Shown piece after piece: positions 6,318-11,966 of a DNA stretch of 11,966 bases (the stretch's first letter is position 1; the number at the start of each line of letters is the position of its first letter). This DNA is from Candidatus Heimdallarchaeota archaeon (lineage in GTDB: Archaea > Asgardarchaeota > Heimdallarchaeia > Hodarchaeales > Hodarchaeaceae), in the NCBI GenBank assembly GCA_048881705.1, contig JBHLSH010000094.1, positions 1-11,966 of the forward strand. The letters run 5' to 3'. Both the position numbers and the translations under genes were made by a program. Below the pieces are notes generated by a model. It was given only the letters and a program-made list of their open reading frames with translations, was not told where the DNA came from and did no database searches.

Positions 6318-6497
6318 CTAGTTCTTGCATACTAAGAGTTTATCAATTTTCTCTGTATATTTCTTTAGCTTCTTTTTTTGGGCCCTAATAAGTCGAAGTT
6401 TATGGGTTCCAAGCCAGCGTTCGGATAATGGGTTATAGAAAAACTCAAACCGCTCATTAAAGCCTTTCCTAAATTCCTTCAGACTCATATCTTGCAT
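6318..6497 (-). CDS. Possible 59-aa Lys-rich small protein or gene remnant, not listed in the ORF track
   Basis: Hand translation gives MQDMSLKEFRKGFNERFEFFYNPLSERWLGTHKLRLIRAQKKKLKKYTEKIDKLLVCKN*. A TTTAATAAA TATA-like element lies about 46 nt upstream. No SD motif and no recognised homology. Confidence 0.3.
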   Translation of the reverse strand: MQDMSLKEFRKGFNERFEFFYNPLSERWLGTHKLRLIRAQKKKLKKYTEKIDKLLVCKN

Positions 6498-6750
6498 CTA
6501 CTTGAATAGTGTCTTGTTTTCAAGTACTTCCAGGGTCGATGCTTTATTAAAGGGATCAGAAACGAAAATCCGCAAATATCGGAGGAAATTCTCTAGTCTA
6601 TGCCATCTACGCTTTTTGGAATCAACTACGATGACTTTTGTTTACAAGATATTGTCAAAAATTCAACCAGGAGAGAGTAATTTGCTTTAACGAAACAATT
6701 ATTGGCGGCTCAATAAATAAAATCTTGTACTGGTTAAAAGTTTCAATTTG

Positions 6751-6780
6751 AATATTGACGCCGGTTTCAATCTCAATATT
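6751..6780 (-). terminator. Hairpin immediately after the cox operon, possible terminator or 3-prime stabilising structure
   Basis: AATATTGA (6751..6758) and TCAATATT (6773..6780) form an 8-bp AT-rich stem with a 14-nt loop, 4 nt past the coxD stop. Confidence 0.3.
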
Positions 6781-6784
6781 GGAT

Positions 6785-7069
6785 TTAACCAAATAAAGGG
6801 ATTAGAGCGATTATGAGGGCTATAAGTCCTGGAAAGATAAATACAATCAGAACGATATCCCTTCGATTCTTTTCGTAAAGAATCCCCATGAAAAAGGCCG
6901 CGACAAGGCCCGCTTTTACAATTGCGATTCCTAGAAGTGAGGGAAGAACCAGGTTTTGACCCAAGATTTGGTCTAGGTAGCTGATAAGAAATTCTACTAA
7001 TGTTAACACTGCTAGCGCAATGAAAACTTCATTTGTAGGTCTGGTTTTCTTTGAAGTATCAGTACTCAT
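6785..7069 (-). CDS. coxD: Cytochrome c oxidase subunit IV (prokaryotic CyoD/CtaF type)
   Basis: 94 aa, 3 hydrophobic helices, motifs VF.AL.VLT.VEF and KAGLVAAFFM(G)ILYE. Last gene of the operon, with SD GGAGGT at 7079..7084. Confidence 0.85.
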   Translation of the reverse strand: MSTDTSKKTRPTNEVFIALAVLTLVEFLISYLDQILGQNLVLPSLLGIAIVKAGLVAAFFMGILYEKNRRDIVLIVFIFPGLIALIIALIPLFG

Positions 7070-7078
7070 CGTGTTATT

Positions 7079-7084
7079 ACCTCC
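7079..7084 (-). promoter_or_regulatory. Shine-Dalgarno site of coxD
   Basis: GGAGGT directly after the coxC TAA, 9 nt before the ATG. Confidence 0.8.
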
Positions 7085-7918
7085 TTAGATCAAATAGATA
7101 ATGGTGAAAAGCATTATCCACACCAAGTCCACGAAATGCCAATAGAGCCCTATAGCTTCGACTCCCGAATAATTCAATCTCGAATAACCTCCCTTGTGAG
7201 CTTTTATAGCAATGAAAAACACCATTATAATGCCCAAGAAGACATGGGCACCATGAAAGCCAGTTTGCAAATAAAAGGTGGCTCCAAAAAGACTCGAATC
7301 GGGAGTAAAGCCGCTAGCGAAAAGATTATAGTATTCGAACAGTTGTATAACTAGAAAAATCGTTCCCAGAATCGCGGTGAAGAATAAGAAATTCCGAAGC
7401 CCCTCTTTGTCATCCTTTTCTATTGATTCAACTGATTTGACCATAGTGACTGAAGATAATATTAGAATGAACGTGTTTACGGCAGTTAATGGGATATTCA
7501 AAACATCAGTCGCATTCGGCCACACGGGAGGGATTATTCCACCCTTTTGGAAGTGGAATCCGAACAATTCGATCAACAATTGCGCTAAATCTGCCCACGC
7601 TGTTGAGCGTAACCTTATGATAAAGGAGATTCCGATCAGTAAACCAAAGAATAGCACTTCTGATGCAAGAAAAATCCACATGAAGAAATGACGTGGGTAC
7701 TGTCGTTCTTCTTCAGCCTTTACTTTCTGTACTGATGTTTCTTGAACGATAAACAAAATCAAAAGAATAAGATAACTGAATAAAATAGCGATACCTATCA
7801 TGAATTGGCCAGAGGAGAGAAATGTCAACGCAATTCCAAGAGATCCTGCTGTTATAGCCAAGAACGGGGGCCAAAGGGAGGTTTTGTGAACCACAATCGT
7901 TTCGTTTGTATTTGCCAT
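7085..7918 (-). CDS. coxC: Cytochrome c oxidase subunit III (about 7 TM)
   Basis: 277 aa with motifs SLWP, FLASEVLFF, NTFILILSS, QLFEY, TGFHGAHV and LYWHFVDLVW. Confidence 0.95.
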   Translation of the reverse strand: MANTNETIVVHKTSLWPPFLAITAGSLGIALTFLSSGQFMIGIAILFSYLILLILFIVQETSVQKVKAEEERQYPRHFFMWIFLASEVLFFGLLIGISFIIRLRSTAWADLAQLLIELFGFHFQKGGIIPPVWPNATDVLNIPLTAVNTFILILSSVTMVKSVESIEKDDKEGLRNFLFFTAILGTIFLVIQLFEYYNLFASGFTPDSSLFGATFYLQTGFHGAHVFLGIIMVFFIAIKAHKGGYSRLNYSGVEAIGLYWHFVDLVWIMLFTIIYLI

Positions 7919-7925
7919 AAAACGT

Positions 7926-7931
7926 CCACCT
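7926..7931 (-). promoter_or_regulatory. Shine-Dalgarno site of coxC
   Basis: AGGTGG 7 nt before the ATG at 7918. Confidence 0.7.
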
Positions 7932-7933
7932 GC

Positions 7934-9487
7934 TTATGTTGTGTTTCGATCGGTTTGATATCCAAAATTAAATGGATTCTTGCCCGCCTGTTCGCCTTTC
8001 AAAAAGCTCTGTATTAAGTTGGTAGCCATTATTAACACGCCTATTGCCATTAAGATTGCTCCAATTGTAGCAATTTGGTTCCAAATCATGATCCAGAAGG
8101 CATCAGGCCTATAATCAAAATACCGACGAGGGAATCCATTTACCCCTGCCATTTCAATAGCACCGAATGTCATCATAGAACCTATCGTCCAGAACCAGAA
8201 ATGGAGATTTGCCAACTTTTTATTATACATTTTTCCCGTTGCTTCTGGGTAGAGATAATAGAGTATCCCGAAGAATGTAGAGACAATTCCCCCTATTGCA
8301 ATTAAGTGAAAGTGGCCAACAACAAAGACGGTGTCATGAAGTATTAAATCTAGAGGAACTACGTTAAGAAAGACGCCAGTTATTCCTCCTAACGTAAACC
8401 CAAATAAAAAACCTAGTGCAAAAAGCATAGGAGTATCGAATTTAATTCTGCCGCCGTAAAGAGTGAACAACCAATTGAAAGTTTTAATTCCACTTGGAAC
8501 AGCGATAATGAAAGTCCCTGCCATGAAGAAAAGGTTTACTTGACTGCCCAGGCCAACCGTGAAGAGGTGATGTCCCCAAACAAACGTCCCTAGGAAGGCA
8601 ATCACGGCTAATGCGACCACCATCGAAGTATAACCAAAAACATGCTTTGGGTCTCCATCATGAGCAAACATTGAAATAAGATAAGAGGTAATTCCCATGG
8701 CAGGAAGAACCATGATATAGACCGCCGGGTGGCTATACGCCCAGAATATGTGCTGCCATAGAACCGGAGAACTTCCACTCACGGAAGCGAAGAATATCCC
8801 TTGCGTACTTGCTGTGTTGGCAATAATCAACCGATCTAATTCAAGCAGAACCACTCCCGTTGTCAAAATTGGATTTGCAATAATCTGTATTATTGCAGTA
8901 ATAAAAATTGACCAAGTGAAGAGATCCAAACTTCGCCAGCCAAGCCCAGGTTTTCGCATGGTTAAGATCGTAAGAACAAAGTTTAATCCTCCTGCCATTG
9001 AGGAAATGCCTATCAGAATGATCCCTGCTACCCACAGTTCCACAGCAGAGCTTGTATAGATAGTGGATAATGGAGGGTATGCAGTCCATCCCACATCGAG
9101 AAATGAGAGATAAATGAATAATCCAGCAGGAATCAATAAGAAGAAAGCCGCATTGTTCCACCTAGGCCAGTACAAATCCTTGGCACCTATTAAGGTGGGT
9201 ATGTAATAATTGGCGAATCCAGCAGCCATAGGCATTGCAACAAGGAAAATCATTGCTGTGCCATGAAGTGAGAATAGTTCAGCATATGTACTGGAAGAGA
9301 CGATCGTCGGTCCCGGTAAAAACAACTCGATTCGAATTAAGAGTGCAAATAGCCCTGCAATCAAAAAATTGAGAATGGAAAAACCCAAGTATAATAATCC
9401 AATTGTTTTATGATTTGTGGTCCCAATAATTGTCAATATCTGGTTGATAGTGGACCTACTACCAGTAGTTTCAGTAGCCAGTGTCAT
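7934..9487 (-). CDS. coxA: Heme-copper oxidase subunit I, A2 type
   Basis: 517 aa. Metal ligands SLHG, HPAVY, WGHH and GHFH; also PRRY and HDT. YSHPAVY replaces GHPEVY, which is diagnostic of A2. D-channel Asp (DLYWPRWNN) and K-channel Lys (PSGIK) are present. Confidence 0.97.
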   Translation of the reverse strand: MTLATETTGSRSTINQILTIIGTTNHKTIGLLYLGFSILNFLIAGLFALLIRIELFLPGPTIVSSSTYAELFSLHGTAMIFLVAMPMAAGFANYYIPTLIGAKDLYWPRWNNAAFFLLIPAGLFIYLSFLDVGWTAYPPLSTIYTSSAVELWVAGIILIGISSMAGGLNFVLTILTMRKPGLGWRSLDLFTWSIFITAIIQIIANPILTTGVVLLELDRLIIANTASTQGIFFASVSGSSPVLWQHIFWAYSHPAVYIMVLPAMGITSYLISMFAHDGDPKHVFGYTSMVVALAVIAFLGTFVWGHHLFTVGLGSQVNLFFMAGTFIIAVPSGIKTFNWLFTLYGGRIKFDTPMLFALGFLFGFTLGGITGVFLNVVPLDLILHDTVFVVGHFHLIAIGGIVSTFFGILYYLYPEATGKMYNKKLANLHFWFWTIGSMMTFGAIEMAGVNGFPRRYFDYRPDAFWIMIWNQIATIGAILMAIGVLIMATNLIQSFLKGEQAGKNPFNFGYQTDRNTT

Positions 9488-9495
9488 TTCTGTTA

Positions 9496-9501
9496 TCTCC
9501 T
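9496..9501 (-). promoter_or_regulatory. Shine-Dalgarno site of coxA
   Basis: AGGAGA 8 nt before the ATG at 9487. Confidence 0.7.
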
Positions 9502-9507
9502 GATAAT

Positions 9508-10071
9508 CTAGCTGGCAACTATTGTTGCGAGCATATTAAAGTGATAATCGCCACACATCTCTGCGCATTGCACTCGGTATGTTCCTGGGGTCTCAATCTT
9601 TAACCAAAAAAGATTAAACACCCCAGGTATGGTGTCGATCTTGAATGAGAGGTCATAAACAAAGAAACTATGCACGACGTCAACGGAAGTCACATTCAGG
9701 ATGTACAACTGACCAACATCCAGATTTAAGACTCCCACTGAAATATTTCCCGCCTCCTTCCTAAACTGCCATTGGAACCTTGATCCGGTAACCCATACCA
9801 TTTCAGAATCTTCCTGCGGCAAAGTAACGATTTTTGTAACGGTGGGTAACGTGACCACAAAAGCAAATACCACCAAAATAATCGCAGCAAAAGTCCAAAG
9901 AAGTTCTAATCGATGCTCCTTCTCAATCTTCTTTCGCGGTCCTGGACTAGACTCTTTAAACCTAGTTATCATGTAGAAAAAGATACCTACTACCGTGAGG
10001 AAAAGAGCTCCTCCAATGATTATAGCTAGTAGGAGTAAGAATTCGATATCAGCAGTTATCGTGCTACTCAT
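9508..10071 (-). CDS. coxB: Cytochrome c oxidase subunit II (CuA-containing, no fused cytochrome c)
   Basis: 187 aa, two TM helices, K-channel entry Glu in RLELLWT, DVVHSF, and the complete CuA motif CAEMCGDYHFNM. No CxxCH. Confidence 0.96.
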   Translation of the reverse strand: MSSTITADIEFLLLLAIIIGGALFLTVVGIFFYMITRFKESSPGPRKKIEKEHRLELLWTFAAIILVVFAFVVTLPTVTKIVTLPQEDSEMVWVTGSRFQWQFRKEAGNISVGVLNLDVGQLYILNVTSVDVVHSFFVYDLSFKIDTIPGVFNLFWLKIETPGTYRVQCAEMCGDYHFNMLATIVAS

Positions 10072-10077
10072 GCCGTG

Positions 10078-10082
10078 TCACC
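10078..10082 (-). promoter_or_regulatory. Shine-Dalgarno site of coxB
   Basis: GGTGA (archaeal-style) 6 nt before the ATG at 10071. Confidence 0.65.
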
Positions 10083-10152
10083 GATAAATGGCCTTCTTTG
10101 GAAAGACATTGATTTGTGTTCTGCAAGAACCGACTTGGCGGGTAAAAAATCG

Positions 10153-10160
10153 TTTTAAAA
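10153..10160 (-). promoter_or_regulatory. Candidate TATA box of the cox operon
   Basis: TTTTAAAA preceded on the minus strand by GCAAAATTATCT, about 82 nt upstream of the coxB start. Confidence 0.35.
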
Positions 10161-10425
10161 AGATAATTTTGCAGATTTAGGAATGAAGATAGTTCCCAGC
10201 CAATACAACAGTTTAAAGCAATTTTTTAGAATTTCATAATGGAATGGGAACTCTACTGGAGGAATTTATGGTGAAAGGGGATTAAAGGCGCACCAATAAG
10301 ACGAAGTCTAAAAAAGGATTTAGGTTATTGAATTCGGTGTATCCTATCTCTCAGAGATCTCAATTCAGTATGAGTGTTCACCAGGAATTGACTTAAATCA
10401 TTCCTCGTGTCATGGAGATTTAAAG

Positions 10426-11940
10426 ATGAGTATCAAAGAAGTCTGGGATCTATTTAGTCGGGGAAAGTATTCCGAATTATTCGCAGTTGTGGAAAAACTT
10501 ACAAAAAATGACAGGATTGAGGGGGAGTTACTGAAGGCTCATCTCATCCACGAACTAGAAGGAGATTATGCTCAATACAAAACTCTGGTCGATCATTATC
10601 TAGAAAAAGAATCCAAAAACACTCACATTCAGATTTCAGCTAGGTTTCATAAAGCGACATGCTACTTTTGGGAATCTAAACCTCTCAAAGGTGACAAACA
10701 ACTAGAAATAGGGTATAAGCTTCTTCGAAATCTTCCTCCAAGCGAATACACTGATAGTATAGTTTTCCACGAAGCTTGGTACTGGCATCTTAAGGGAACA
10801 TTTCTTTTGCTGAAAGGAGAAAGAGCGCAAGCTATAGAATCACTGGAAAACGCCGTTACGATATCTAAGAAACCTGGGTTCCCTGTGTCGTCAATGCCTG
10901 GGGCAACATATAATCAAATCGGAATTGCGTATATGGAGGATGGAGACTATGACATTGCTTATGATATGTTTGAGAAAAGCATTCTCACCATTGAGGAAGA
11001 AGGAAATCAGATTTCTGCCTCTATCCCTTTATGGAATCTAGCCCGTATTCAGCTAATGCGAGGAGACGTAGAAACGGCATTAAAGACCCATGAACGGGGA
11101 ATAAACATCGCTAAAACTTCAGGATGGACAAGATTATACGCAGGGCATCTCCAACGGATCGCTTGGATAAATTATAGTACTGGAAACCCCCAAGAAGCGA
11201 TTGAACAATTCGAAGAAGTCTTAATCAAAATTGATGAGGGGAATTTTCCCACTGCATATGCCTTGGCAAGATTTAGTCAGTTCCAACTCTATCTTGATCT
11301 TCAAGAACGCAAAAAAGCGAAAGAATGCGCAAACACATTATCTAATTTAGCTAAGAGTTCAGAATCTATACTAATTAAGACTCTATCTAAAATGATGGAC
11401 GCGTTATACCGAAAGGAGTTCAATCCTTCCTTCAAAGGAAAAGCAAATGCTCAAACCAACTTAAGAGAGCTAGTCGAGAACGAAAGGGTTCCGCATCATT
11501 TCAGGATTATCGCTATGTTACACTTGGTTGATCTCTTGTTACTGGAGCTCCGCGTGTTTGAAGAAGAGCGAATTCTACAAGAAATATTGAGGTTAAGCGA
11601 TAAAATCCAGGATTTTGCTCAATCAAATGTGATGATCCCAATCGAGTGTGAGGCATTGATTCTCAGAGGAAAGCTCGCTCTCATCGAAGGTTCTGCTTCA
11701 ACAGCTGAAAGGCTTCTACAACAGGCTCTTGATCTAGCGAAGTTAAAGAAGTTAAAGAATCTGGAAACACGTATTGCCGTGGAGTATAATCACCTACAAA
11801 CTGAACTGGCGAAGTGGATGGATCTCATTGAACGTAATGCTCCATTGAGTGAAAGAATTGAACATTCACGAGTGGAAAACTACCTAAAGCAAGCAATTAA
11901 ACTTGCAACTTTACATTCGGACCAGTCGACCAACAAGTGA
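10426..11940 (+). CDS. Tetratricopeptide-repeat (MalT-like TPR) protein
   Basis: 504 aa. Tandem TPR-like units (YWHLKGTFLLLKGERAQAIESLENA, TYNQIGIAYMEDGDYDIAYDMFEKS, LWNLARIQLMRGDVETALKTHERG, HLQRIAWINYSTGNPQEAIEQFEEV) and a helical C-terminal part. SD GGAGA at 10414..10418. Confidence 0.88.
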   Translation: MSIKEVWDLFSRGKYSELFAVVEKLTKNDRIEGELLKAHLIHELEGDYAQYKTLVDHYLEKESKNTHIQISARFHKATCYFWESKPLKGDKQLEIGYKLLRNLPPSEYTDSIVFHEAWYWHLKGTFLLLKGERAQAIESLENAVTISKKPGFPVSSMPGATYNQIGIAYMEDGDYDIAYDMFEKSILTIEEEGNQISASIPLWNLARIQLMRGDVETALKTHERGINIAKTSGWTRLYAGHLQRIAWINYSTGNPQEAIEQFEEVLIKIDEGNFPTAYALARFSQFQLYLDLQERKKAKECANTLSNLAKSSESILIKTLSKMMDALYRKEFNPSFKGKANAQTNLRELVENERVPHHFRIIAMLHLVDLLLLELRVFEEERILQEILRLSDKIQDFAQSNVMIPIECEALILRGKLALIEGSASTAERLLQQALDLAKLKKLKNLETRIAVEYNHLQTELAKWMDLIERNAPLSERIEHSRVENYLKQAIKLATLHSDQSTNK

Positions 11941-11966
11941 ATCACAAGGACAACGATTGCGTCCTT

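Noticed and set aside
6498-6500. Pyrrolysine or other amber readthrough at the in-frame TAG
   Set aside because: No start codon for the upstream frame other than an internal TTG, no homology across the junction, and no pyl genes in view.
6003-6690. Plus-strand ORFs 6003..6191 and 6502..6690 (and 5413..5619)
   Set aside because: Short, with no SD or motif support and compositions that do not look like real proteins; 5413..5619 is antisense to a supported gene.
7136-9161. ORFs 7136..7354, 7377..7691, 7805..8017, 8075..8305, 8748..9059 and 8841..9161
   Set aside because: All overlap the conserved coxC/coxA genes in antisense or alternative frames.
1-11966. tRNA, rRNA, CRISPR array or insertion sequence
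   Set aside because: No T-loop or cloverleaf pattern, no regularly spaced repeats and no transposase-like ORF were found by eye.

Overview
AT-rich, probably archaeal DNA. Evidence: BRE/TATA-like promoters, GGTGA/GGAGGT ribosome-binding sites, oligo-T tracts after genes, PGF-CTERM-like surface-sorting tails, and a TPR protein of a type I associate with Asgard archaea (Heimdallarchaeia-like). The taxonomy is inference. Gene content from left to right: a SufR/COG2345-like HTH regulator with a 4-Cys C-terminal domain; two convergent paralogous secreted DOMON/EB_dh-like heme-b proteins with PGF-CTERM tails, flanking a secreted, membrane-anchored LanC-like protein that lacks the Zn ligands; a DUF6144/V4R-like Cys protein; a complete A2-type heme-copper oxidase operon (coxBACD, minus strand); and a TPR protein. 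The strongest unexplained signal is an exact 88-bp inverted repeat (1443..1530 and 4341..4428) inside the two heme-protein paralogs, whose synonymous sites are heavily diverged elsewhere. This suggests recent gene conversion and a potentially invertible 2.8-kb cassette that would swap C-terminal halves of the two proteins and flip the LanC-like gene. No tRNA, rRNA, CRISPR array or transposase was seen.
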